DNA of 63,327 nucleotides, the filler included, from Nemertoderma westbladi (taxonomy: Eukaryota > Animalia > Xenacoelomorpha), in the NCBI GenBank assembly GCA_032718475.1. It is 2 parts of 2 records of this genome, joined end to end, with 100 filler letters (N's around TTAATTAATTAA, not from the genome) between each part and the next. Parts side by side here need not be neighbours in the genome. Positions count along the whole stretch, not along the records: positions 1 to 31,888 come from JAUCBJ010003113.1; 1 more part is not named here. The stretch is one strand, 5' to 3'. The notes under the pieces are model-generated. The model was not told the origin of the DNA. It did not search any database and saw nothing but the letters and a program-made list of their open reading frames with translations. The position numbers were made by a program, and so were the translations under genes. Below are positions 1 to 10,936 of the stretch, one piece after another (position 1 is the stretch's first letter; every line of letters begins with the position of its first letter).

Positions 1-182
1 TTTTTTCGCTGAGAAAGGGCAGAAACTCAAGTACTCATTTAGCTACCATTTAAGGATACAATGCAGAGAAGCTTTCAAAGCCTACGTGCCGAAACGAAAA
101 CTGACTTGGCCCCTATGCGCGGGGGTTGAACCCACGACCTCCGCGAGATGTGACATCAAACTAACCACTACACCACTACGCT
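1..182 (-). mobile_element. tRNA-derived SINE (5' head; body runs off the window)
   Basis: Minus strand reads GCGTAGTGGTGTAGTGGTTAG...GGAGGTCGTGGGTTCAACCCCCG, i.e. Pol III A-box and B-box at tRNA-like spacing. No proper cloverleaf or acceptor stem. Confidence 0.65.
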
Positions 183-734
183 GTTACCTTTCTGTTCCTT
201 GTTAATCAGCCGAACAGTCCCTATAGTACTTAACCACTACCCTGCTAGTAATTAACTGCTCTACTGCTCAGAGTTTAAAAACCAATAACTGAAGTTCAAT
301 GGCGGTGAATTTAGTAATATTAATGATGACCCCTCTGTAAAATTACATGTAAACCTATAAAATTCATAGTTTTCAAGTCAAAGAATGGTTTCCATTGTTT
401 CAATTTTACATTATATATTGATTTCTAATTTTTAATTTGCATCTCCTTTACCTGTTATTGGAATTGGGGGCCCCAAAAAGTCGGGGGCCCCTAGGCTATA
501 GCCTAGCTAGCCTAGGCCTTAGTCCAGCCCTGCTAACAATGTTGGCTAATAGCATCACTCGATGCCCTTCGTTAAGGAGTCAGTATGGTTGGATTTACGG
601 GTGCCGGAGCGCCGTGGCTGCGTAGCGGTGGGGTGGGTGGTATGGTTGGGTGGGTGGTTGGTTGGTCTATTATATTGCTTTAACCAGTAAGAATGTTAGA
701 ATGGTTTCTGCTATATTTATATTTTTTCCTAAAG

Positions 735-1132
735 GAAAAACCTATATTCCTGCGACCTTTGTAAGCGAGAAGGTTGGACCAAGTGGACCTGAAGCCAAAT
801 GCGGATATGATATCAATGTGAGTTATGAGCAGGGCGATGCGGAACTCCGTGATATCATAGACAGAGCGCTCAGCTGCACCCAAACCATAACGCTCTCATC
901 TAAGGGCGTCTCCAGCTATGATTTGTGTTTTGCTGATCGCGATGCCACCAGGCATGTATTCAATTCCGGGAGGACAACAACTTGTCATCAGAGCTCTACC
1001 GAATGTCTCGAGACCATTGTTGTTGATGACAAGAAGTTACTGCCCATCACGCAATTACAGGTTGGGGACACCGGTTCGTCCAGCGAGGTGATCTACAGCG
1101 AGAGTGTCAGTGACATTGTCTGCGACGTCTAG
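735..1132 (+). CDS. Terminal coding exon of a protein with a Caspr/neurexin-IV-type fibrinogen-like module (copy 1)
   Basis: Pyrimidine tract plus AG (ttttttcctaaAG, 733-734). The translation VSYEQ..LRDIIDRALSCTQTI...DKKLLPITQLQVGDTGSSSE...DIVC* resembles the CNTNAP motif Y....I..S..CEQ.....K..LPVTQ....DT......L.C. Upstream exons are not visible. Confidence 0.6.
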
Positions 1133-1242
1133 TTCTATTAATTCTGAGGTGATGGTGATAGAACTGCTTTGTGTTGTCTCTCTCTGTATGCAGATCAGTG
1201 ACAAAAACTTTGTTGGTGAAAAGGCTTTCTTAATTGTGTAGA

Positions 1243-2270
1243 ACTTTGGTGTTTAAATTGGTTCATTAATCTACAGTTTATAACTTTGCTGTTTAAAATG
1301 GTTCATTAATCTACAGTTAATAACTTGGTGTTTAATTAATTACATCTACAGTTTATAACTTTGGTGTTTAATTAAATCTACAGTTTATAACTTTGGTGTT
1401 TAATTAAATCTACAGTTCATAACTTTGGTGTTTAATTAAATCTACAGTTCATAACTTTGGTGTTTAATTAAATCTACAGTTTATAACTTTGGTGTTTAAT
1501 TAAATCTACAGTTCATAACTTTGGTGTTTAATTAAATCTACAGTTCATAACTTTGGTGTTTAATTAAATCTACAGTTCATAACTTTGGTGTTTAATTAAA
1601 TCTACAGTTCATAACTTTGGTGTTTAATTAATTATATCTACAGTTTATAACTTTGCTGTTTAAAAGGGTTCATTAATCTACAGTTTATAACTTTGCTGTT
1701 TAAAATGGTTCATTAATCTACAGTTTATAACTTTGCTGTTTAAAATTGTTCATTAATCTACAGTTAATAACTTGGTGTTTAATTAAATCTACAATTCATA
1801 ACTTTGGTGTTTAATTAAATCTACAATTCATAACTTTGGTGTTTAATTAATTAAATCTACAGTTTATAACTTTGGTGTTTAAAATGGTTCATTAATCTAC
1901 AGTTTATAACTTTGCTGTTTAAAATGGTTCATTAATCTACAGTTTATAACTTTGCTGTTTAAAATGGTTCATTAATCTACAGTTAATAACTTGGTGTTTA
2001 ATTAATTAAATCTACAGTTTATAACTTTGCTGTTTAAAATGGTTCATTAATCTACAGTTTATAACTTTGCTGTTTAAAATGGTTCATTAATCTACAGTTT
2101 ATAACTTGGTGTTTAATTAATTAAATCTACAGTTCATATCTTTGGTGTTTAATTAATTAAATCTACAGTTTATAACTTGGTGTTTAATTAATTAAATCTA
2201 CAGTTTATAACTTTGGTGTTTAATTAAATCTACAGTTCATAACTTTAGTGTTTAAAGTAGTTCTACAGTA
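1243..2270 (+). repeat. AT-rich minisatellite, 32/36/40-bp unit variants with core ATCTACAGTT(T/C)ATAACTTTG
   Basis: Direct tandem repetition; periods of 32 (1377/1409) and 40 (1677/1717) counted. Confidence 0.97.
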
Positions 2271-2799
2271 TAGACTTTAGTGTTTATAGTTTATAATGTA
2301 TACAGTAGTAAGCAGAGACGCAGCTTGTTTATAATTATATATGTTTTTATCAGTGTTTAACCAGTTTGACTTGATGCCCCGATATATAATTATGTAATGA
2401 CGAAGATATTACATGTATCATGTATATGACTATTGCTGTTCATTTTTGGTTATTTGGTTTATTTTTTAGTTTTAGTCTTATTTTTAGTTTTTTCTTTTTG
2501 TTTATTGGTTATTTTTGGTTTGTGGCCAATTTTACAGTATTTTTCGTTTGCGTTTGGTGTCTGTATTTATGTTCCATTCATATTTTCACCTCTTCAATAA
2601 ACTTATATATATTTGAACTGTTTCATACATGGGGCCGAAACTTTTTTGGATTATGATTGGTTGATGAATCAAGAATTAGTGATTGCGACAAGAGTGGGCC
2701 TATAAAAAATTATGTGAGTAACTGTGGGCATATGAATTTATAATAAGTAAATTTATTATTATTAACACTTAAACCATCATATGACATACATAGAATATA

Positions 2800-4590
2800 G
2801 AGTATACATGTAACATAGATGTTAGACATGTAGTATGAGAGAGAGCAGAGAGAAATTAAAACAAGGGAGGAAGCGGAATTAAGGGCACGTGTTTGTGGTC
2901 AAACTTGTCCGGAACAGACACATACCGATGGGGAGGAGATCGAGTAAGAAGACAAGGTGGAAAGGGAGAGGATGTGGGAAGACTAGACCAAGAACGGAGA
3001 AGGCAGCGATGACACGCACATGGGGGTGGCAGAGTGCGAGGGGGCATTAAATGGTAAGCCATTATGCGTACCGAAGAATGACCGGGGGTCATCGGGGGCT
3101 TTAACGCCAGCGCACATATTGAGGGGGAGGCCAGTAGTAAGAGAGTAAAGGGTATGGTATGTAGCTATACCATAGAAGTAGTAGTAGGGTACATAGTACC
3201 GTAGAAGTTAGAAGTTGTGGGCACTGAGGGCGATTATTTATCAAGAGGAGACTGCCATTCACATATCAGGAGGTAGCGACAGCGGCATCGTATGGAGGAG
3301 TCATCAACACTCAGAGATACTTGGATAGATGGTCGCCAGAGACAGGGTCGAGTTCAGGGACTTTCTGGTGGAACACGTGCCGCGGGCGATAAAAATGATC
3401 CTGTGGGACGCTACCAGGGGGAAGCAGGAGGGACACTCGGAGGGACCACCTGCAAAGTGTAACCGGGAGTTGATAACACCAGCGCCCAAAGAACCAACGA
3501 CGGGGCTTAGTAAAACGGTAACGGCAAGAATGAGGAGGACAAGCCGAAGGGAAGGAAGCGGCCCAGACAAGACGATGACAGGGGCAAAGAACTTAGATGG
3601 TTCCCAAAGACGGGAGGAGCGAACTAGACCTCAGGGACAGAGATGTGGGTGTGCCTGGAAGGTACCACATGTAGGATAAAATACGAACTCCTAAGTGCAA
3701 ATAATTAAAGTGCAATTAGTATGGTACGTATGTAGATAATCGAATAATCAATATAAATATATAATCAATCTAAGTATTACAGTCATATATAACCTTTTCC
3801 AATTAGCTACTGGGGCTGGGGACCAATTGACTACGACAGGAGGACGAGACACTAGACGAATCACGCTTCTTGAGTGTGGCGGCACAAAAGGGGAGGGTGA
3901 GGCTCGTCAGGGGTAGGTGGAGTAAGATATCAGTTGAGTACAAGGGAAACGGGGAAGTATGGAGATGAGGTGTTGGCGCGTGAGGAAGTGAAAGAGAATG
4001 AGCAGTGAGAGGGGAAGAATCCCAAGGGACCGAAGTGAGAGTAAGGGACAGCAAGGTCCATGAGGAAGATTAGAGTGAGGTTGAAGAAAATTGTGTGGAG
4101 AGTAAGCACAATTGTCTCAAACAGAGACACCAGATACCTTGGTGCAACATAGCTCGCGATTGCACCAAGGAGGGGTAGTAATAACACACCCAGGGGGGGG
4201 GGGGGTCTGGGAAGCGGACCCCGAGAAAAGAACTCTACCCCACCCCCGATATTAGATTGGGTTCCAGCGGAATTGAAGCGCAATTAAGATTGATGCTATC
4301 TTCGTACTGGGAAGATAGCATGGGGGGGGGGGGGGGGTGTAAGCGGATTCAATTCCCTTACATTATCCACCCGAAAATGGGACCAGTGGCATTTTACCAA
4401 TATAGTTGGCGATACGAGATTACCAATAATAATCTCGCCTCATAACCAACTTGGGGGGGGGGGGGCGATACAGGCCCCAAAGCCACAGAGAGAGGTGAGA
4501 GGTCAAACCACCTCAGAGGGAGAACACAGCTAGTAAAGGCTAGCGGCAGGGGGAAACACTCACAAGGAGTGCCAAAGTGACAATTAGTAT
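2800..4590 (-). mobile_element. Probable decayed retroelement 3' portion with small poly-G/C-containing inserts
   Basis: Pyrimidine-rich strand bias and broken reading frames; no diagnostic motif recognised. Confidence 0.25.
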
Positions 4591-6027
4591 ATAAGCCAAT
4601 AGCGGGCAGGGGAGCACGTGAACAGAGATAGGAAAGCATCCATTGGGTACAGAAGGCCAAGTAGAGTAAGAGGTGAAACCAATATCTATGCGTATCAATC
4701 ATATAGTTATTCTGTGTTACTGATTTACCAGTCAGTTCATTAATCACAGAGTTGCAGACCGGTTATAGTTTTTGACCGTCACTACGTCAACTAACATCAA
4801 TTGTATATCTGCTGTTATTCTGTTATTCTATTATCATTTGGAACATTAACATTGAGGAACACAACCTCTGTTATTTTTCCCCAACAGCTTTCAGCCAAAA
4901 GGACACTAGCCCAGCAGTCAGGTGACGCGTACTAAATCTTACCCAGTCGGGATCTACGATCCCGTCACAGAAATGGAATCACCGTCCAGGAAAACCCCTC
5001 TAATTACATTTTTTGCGATGTTGTGTCCTTTCCTAAATTTCGACTGACAGACGGACAGATTGTTTGATAAACAGACAGTCTGACAGTTAGACAGTCTGGA
5101 ATTCTTCAAACGTGAAAACTAACATTGGTATTGAAATCACCGACCAGGAAAACCACCCTAACCTAAATTTCAGTTCGGTAGACAGACAGACTGACAGTCT
5201 GGAATTCATCAAACGTCAAAACTGACATCGGAAATGCAATCACCACCCCAGAAAACCCCCATATCGAAAATTTTAGTTAAGAAGTATTCTTCCTTATTTT
5301 TTCAATACAATTTGAATTATCCCTCCATTTAACATAAAATGGTGGGAAGGTTTGAAAACTTTAAATGGATTTATCTCAGAATTTTATTTTTCGTTTTTAT
5401 TTTTCACTCATGTACCTGTTTATCTGGAACTACTGGAACTATTTGAACCAAATTGCATGAAATTTTCAGTAGATGTTCTTCTACTAATCCTTTATAGGTG
5501 GTAGCACATTTAGACATGTGGGTTAGAAATTGAAAAAGTTACATCACAAAAAACGGCCAAAATACGTGTTTTTTTCACTTTTTACAATAATAACATTTTT
5601 CACTTTGAAAATTTCTGGTGATCACAATACATTTTTTTATTTATTTTGCAACCAAAAGTCTGAGACAAATGCAAAATTAATTCCCCTCCAAATTTCAAGC
5701 CATTCTGTTGAACCAATTCCTCAGAAGAGGTACATAAGCTTAATAGTCAAATGTATGGACAAACACGTGCCCTTAAGGAATGAGGAAGCGAGGGCGAGAG
5801 AATTGATACCAATTAAACAGAATGAAATAGAGAGAAAGAATATGTGGCAAAGAAAGCACTTATTAGGGAACAGAACGAGTTATTAGAATTAGAAGAGCAA
5901 CAATCAGAGTTAGCACATAGGAATAAAGGTTAACCAACTAGTAGAGAAATAATAACTATGAATACCCTATTAATAGATAAGGTAAGTCAACCTACACAGA
6001 GAGAAATGTGTAAACAAGTCGGCAGCT

Positions 6028-6653
6028 CCAAACCAAAACCCAGTAAGTACATTTATTGACTTTTCGAGATAATCGCGTTTAAAGTTTTTGGACTTTAAAC
6101 AGCTGGCATTTGGTTAAAATTTAATTTAATGAGTTATAATTTTGTGTACCTTTACAAATTGTACATAGTATACTGTATATTAGTGCCAAAACTTTTTTTT
6201 TTAATTTATTCCTTACTTTTCATATAAATCGTCTTACACGGTTTTGGTATGGTAGAAAACAAAATAATTGTGATTTTTCATGCATCAATACCCAGTAACG
6301 TCACGATTCCCATTTCAAAACACAGTAACTAATTTGCCCACACCAAAACCCAGTAAACTAACATTTAACTTTTCCAATCAGTTACCTTTCACATGCCAAA
6401 ACCAAGTAACTGACAAGTCCCTTCGCCAAAACCCAGTAACTCTGACTTCCTTCGCCAACGGTTAGCGAAAACAAAGAGGCAACATTCTAGAATATAATAT
6501 TCTAGAACATTTAATTATTTGTCTACGTCTGTTGCGTTGCCGGAGTTACTGGGTTTTGGTTTGGCATATCTGCATTCGGGAAATCCCACGTCAAAACCCA
6601 GTATCTCAAACTGCTGGAAACCCAGTAACTCTGTTTACTGGGTTTTGACGTGG
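6028..6653. repeat. MITE-like cluster of AAAACCCAGTAA motifs in both orientations
   Basis: Perfect 19-bp IR 6028-6046/6546-6564, 18-bp IR 6586-6603/6636-6653, and palindrome TTCTAGAATAT-A-ATATTCTAGAA at 6485-6507. Confidence 0.7.
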
Positions 6654-6910
6654 TAAATCTGACATTATCTTTGTTCTTGAGGATAATCTTGAGTAGCTCG
6701 AGGTCACACCACATTGCATCCGTACCGTAACTGAACTGAACTGCTGAAATACGAAAAACTGCTCTTAACTTTCGTGATAATTTTAACTGTAACCGTACCG
6801 TAAGTTTGAGTTGGCACCGGTTCTCCGGGTTGCCCTTCAAGCCATTACCCCCTCCTTCGACTAAGAAGATCCCCCAAGATTAAGTCAAGGAATACACACA
6901 ACCTGTAGGA

Positions 6911-9900
6911 ATGATGTTGACAGCGGGAGCGGCAAAACTCGCGGCCAGTAAGAGCCACGGATCGGCAAACTCTCCTCTTCATAGAATGAGGCAGTCGATC
7001 GCCATCCGAACAAACCAGAAAGAATCGCTCGGCCTGCAATCGATACCTAAACACAAACCACTGGCAGGCGCAAAGAAGGGAAACGGGATGAAAGAAAATA
7101 TGTCGCAGAAACGAACGTCGACTGACGGAATAATTCAAGGAGATATCGACAGAAACTCGATAGACCTGTCCACTTCAGGTCATTCTGAATCGCCAACTCA
7201 TCCATCTCCCGTTCCGCACTCATCAGACACAGAAACATCAGAAACGTTCGTCAAACCGGAACCTTCCATCGACATATCGGAACCCGTCCAAACGGAAGCG
7301 AGTTCCCTCAAAAAGAGTAAAATTATCTTCAAAAAGACAATTGGAGCCAATAATGGTAAAGGTGCAATTACGATAAAGCCTGGATCCTTTGATGGGATTA
7401 CTAGAGGGGAATTTAACCCCAGTGCCATAAATTTGGAGAACTCTGTTAACTTCGATTTCAGTACGACGTTCTCAGTAAGCACACCTTCCGAGAAAATCCC
7501 GCACCAGGAACCGGCCGAAATCGGTGAAAATGTCGAAATAATTGACAACCCTATAACAATAAGACACGAAAGGCAAGCCACTAAGGTAGACAGTTGCGAA
7601 TTATATCCTAACGCGATCGAAAAACTGGACCCACAGGAGCTAATAAATAAGATAAAAAATTGTCTACAAGAAATCACCGATAACCGTCCGGCCAACACCA
7701 TCCCCCTACCCGCGGCGCTGAAAACACTCGAAAATAAAGCCTGGTTCAGTGATGATGTTGTGGATGGATTTATGGTACTAATACAACTCCACTTCCCCCA
7801 CACAGCGCCTGTACCAAGCCAACTCGCGGAGCAGCTGAGATCATCGGGCTGTAGCCAACTTTCGGCAATCCAATACGTGGCGACCCGGTATCTCGGTCGC
7901 TATCAATCTATAGCACTGACTCTTCTCTTCTTGCCGGATTGTAATAAAGATCACTTCATCCTTCACATGGCCGACACCAGAGTACGTACCGTGTACGCAA
8001 TAGACTCAAACCGAGCATCGATGCCCATGCGAATACCTTCGCTTTCGCAAATATTCCGAACACAATCGACGAAAATAATCCTTGGAGCAAAAATAAAGCA
8101 ACTGAGAAATGGAAAGTGGGATCAAAGTATACAACGTTAAGTAAGCAGGGGAACAGCTATGATTGCGGGGTGTATGTCTGTCTGGGCTCCCTAACAGTAG
8201 CCCAGGACAAGAATCAGTTACCGCCAATTCATTACGACAGTGCAAAGGCTCGGGGCTGGCTGCAGTCCTGTTTTAAATACTTTAAACTTGCGAATAATGT
8301 GGATGTGGATATCGATTTTGACTATACTCCAGCGACCACCGTCTCTACCGAGGTGAACCATCTCAGCGAACATCGGAATACTGAGGGGAACCCTCCAAAC
8401 CACAAACTAGCGCTGGGAGAACTTGATAATATCATGCATCTACCTAGGAAAGAAGCTCTTAAAATCATATCAGATAAATATTATATGGAGCAAATCTCAA
8501 ATATTCGGAATGACCTGTTCAATTGCGTTACTAAATTAACATCACCTCTCCAACAGGTAACGCTACAGCTGCAATCGCGATCCTCTGCAAGCGCCCTGGC
8601 AACCGACCTTCTAGAACTGCTACGGTGTAGACTAGTGCTGCGAACTGAAACTGAAATTGAACTGGAACTGAAATCGAACTGAAATTGTTTTTGGCAATTT
8701 TAGTGAACTGAAACTAGAACTGAAACATTCATTTTTTTAAAACTGAAACTGAAACTAGAACTGAAACTTGTTATCTTGGAATAGGCCTACTGGAACTGGA
8801 ACTAGAACTGAATTGCCAGAAATTTAAAACTGAAAGTATGATCTATAAATTGGGAATAAGAACAAATTTAAAATTAGCGTTTTTAGTGTTCATAAATACT
8901 ATTTCAATCTTTAATAAATAAATGTAATTTGCTTTATTGTGTTGCAAGACCTACTACTACTGTATAGAAACGAACAGCCAAATCACTGCAAAGTTCATAA
9001 ATTTAGTGGGCCTGTTAAATAGGCCTATCTTAGTTAGAATCTATAAAACAATAGGTCTAGCTCGTCGAAAGTACTTGGCCCTAACTAAATTATGTCCTCT
9101 TTCAGATGATGCAAATAAAAATTGTAATAGCTCCAGTAGTTTTCGAGATTGGGAGTTCCTGGTACCTATTTTAGCACCTTTCGGAATTGAATTACTCAAA
9201 TATATATTTTATTTTAAAGTAATACGTTAATTGTCAACCTAACAATTACCTTTTTGCAGCAAAAAATTCCGGTTGTTTTCATTAAAAATGTAATAAATGG
9301 CAGTCGGATCCATCGGTGGGTACCACACGATTGGCCACGGCAGATTGTTATGTACCAGTATGTAAACAAGACACTTGCAAAATTTTCTGAACATAGAACT
9401 GAAACTACATATTTTTGGGAACTTGAACTTAAACTGGAACTGAAATAAATAGGTTTATTAGAACTGAAACAAGAACTAAAACTGAAATTATTATTTTTTT
9501 GGGAACTGGAACTGAAACTTGAACTGAAATAAACGTGTTTATTAAAACTAAAACTGAAACCGAAACAAGTCAAATTTTCTTTCAGTTCGCAGCACTAGTG
9601 TAGACTAAATGGGTTATTGACAGAACCCTGCCGCAAACGTTTGCGTAAGATTGAATCTACGGATAAAGGTATCACATTGGAAGGCCTCAAGAACGATCTC
9701 ATAACTGCTGTCTCTGCCCTACAGGCTCGCATGTGTATGATCGAGGCTGAGAACTCCAACCTCAAAGAGCGCAGGGGAACTGTGGTAGATGAACTGAGCA
9801 TCGAAAGCCACCATCGAGTCATGTGGGAGTCTAAATTCAACAAACTCAGTTCGACTAAACCAACAATAGGACAGATACTATACGACAATCCCAGCTCAAC

Positions 9901-10936
9901 AATCACCACTATAATAGAGCCCGTCACAGAAAACCAACCAATGGGCGACTTCATTCTAAACATGCCTCTCTCGCCTCATGGCTTGCCCCAAATAGAAGAA
10001 TACGTGATTGTTGACTCAATCAATTCTCCACCAGTTTCACCAGCAGCGCCCCCTGTATTCAAAGACGTGACACAACAATCAAACGCCGATGGCTGGACAA
10101 CTGTAGAACCAAAAAAGAACAAATACACACGAAATTTGGGCGTCGAAACTAAGAGTGACAACCGCGGTCAAAAAAGAGGCACTATAAGAGGGAACGACAT
10201 TCAACCGAGCAAACCGGCCTCAAACAGAGATCCTCCACAAAGACTGCGCTGCGCAGACTCGAGGCGACTTCATTCCCTGTTCATCAGCGGAGTGTCAAGG
10301 AATAATAACGAGAATGATGTTCTAGAATACCTGCACCGTAACAAAATTGAGGTACATCGTTCATCATGCAGGTTAAGCCGTGACTCCATTAACATCTGAC
10401 TAACCGTGGATTTAAACAATTCAGAGACACTAAAACAATCTGACTTCTGGCCTGCTGGAATTCGATGTCGCGACTGGGAATATCATCCCAGATATGTGGA
10501 ACAAAGAAAACGTCATGAAGATAATCGAGATCACCATAACAACCACGTACAACACCGACGGCATAAAGACCCCCATATTCAACGTGATAATAGCGGACAG
10601 CTTTCGAGTCAACACGACCGCAACAGCCAACAAGATACCAACGGACAACCCTGGGTGCATCGCAACCTGACCGAACAACTAGACTCCCGCGAACAACGTT
10701 CGAGGAATGGAGACCAGTATGGGGGGCAACGAGATCAGTCTAGGAAACGAGACTATGATGGACAATCCTCGTGGCTGTGCAACCCCAACGAGCAACACTC
10801 ATGGAAACCGGATCGCTACGGACAGCCCTCAGGCCATCGTGACCACGATGAACAACAATCGTGGAAACGAGAACGCAACGGACAGCCATCATCATATACT
10901 AATCCTAGAGAGTTCCCAAGCCGGTATCGTCTTTAA
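6911..10936 (+). pseudogene. LINE ORF1, disrupted: Ulp1/C48-like cysteine protease + coiled coil + RRM-like domain + R/D/Q-rich tail
   Basis: Protease motifs LENKAWFSDDVVD, LFLP..NKDHFIL, YAIDS and KQGNSYDCGVYVC. Frameshift near 8005-8010. Removing the MITE 8633-9597 plus one TSD joins ...LELLRCRL to NGLLTEPCRK in frame. In-frame TGA at 10397. C-terminal LFISGV...FWPAGIRCRDW is typical of LINE ORF1. Confidence 0.8.
8633..9597. mobile_element. hAT-type MITE (965 bp)
   Basis: Perfect 18-bp TIRs TAGTGCTGCGAACTGAAA, 8-bp TSD GTGTAGAC (8625-8632, 9598-9605), and subterminal (G)AACTG(A/G)A repeats. Confidence 0.95.

Larger units (their letters stand above)
428..7436 (+). repeat. Arm A of a giant inverted duplication (partner 18611-31888)
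   Basis: Reverse-complement identity can be followed by eye along the whole arm. The ORF track shows mirrored ORFs (650..1132+ vs 31184..31666-; 6280..6465+ vs 19582..19767-; 6911.. vs ..19136-) with only scattered substitutions and indels. Confidence 0.97.

Noticed and set aside
110-185. Functional tRNA gene
   Set aside because: A and B boxes are present but there is no acceptor or anticodon stem; best read as a SINE head.
650-734. N-terminus of the 160-aa ORF
   Set aside because: Non-ATG start and composition of an intron end with a splice acceptor at 733-734.
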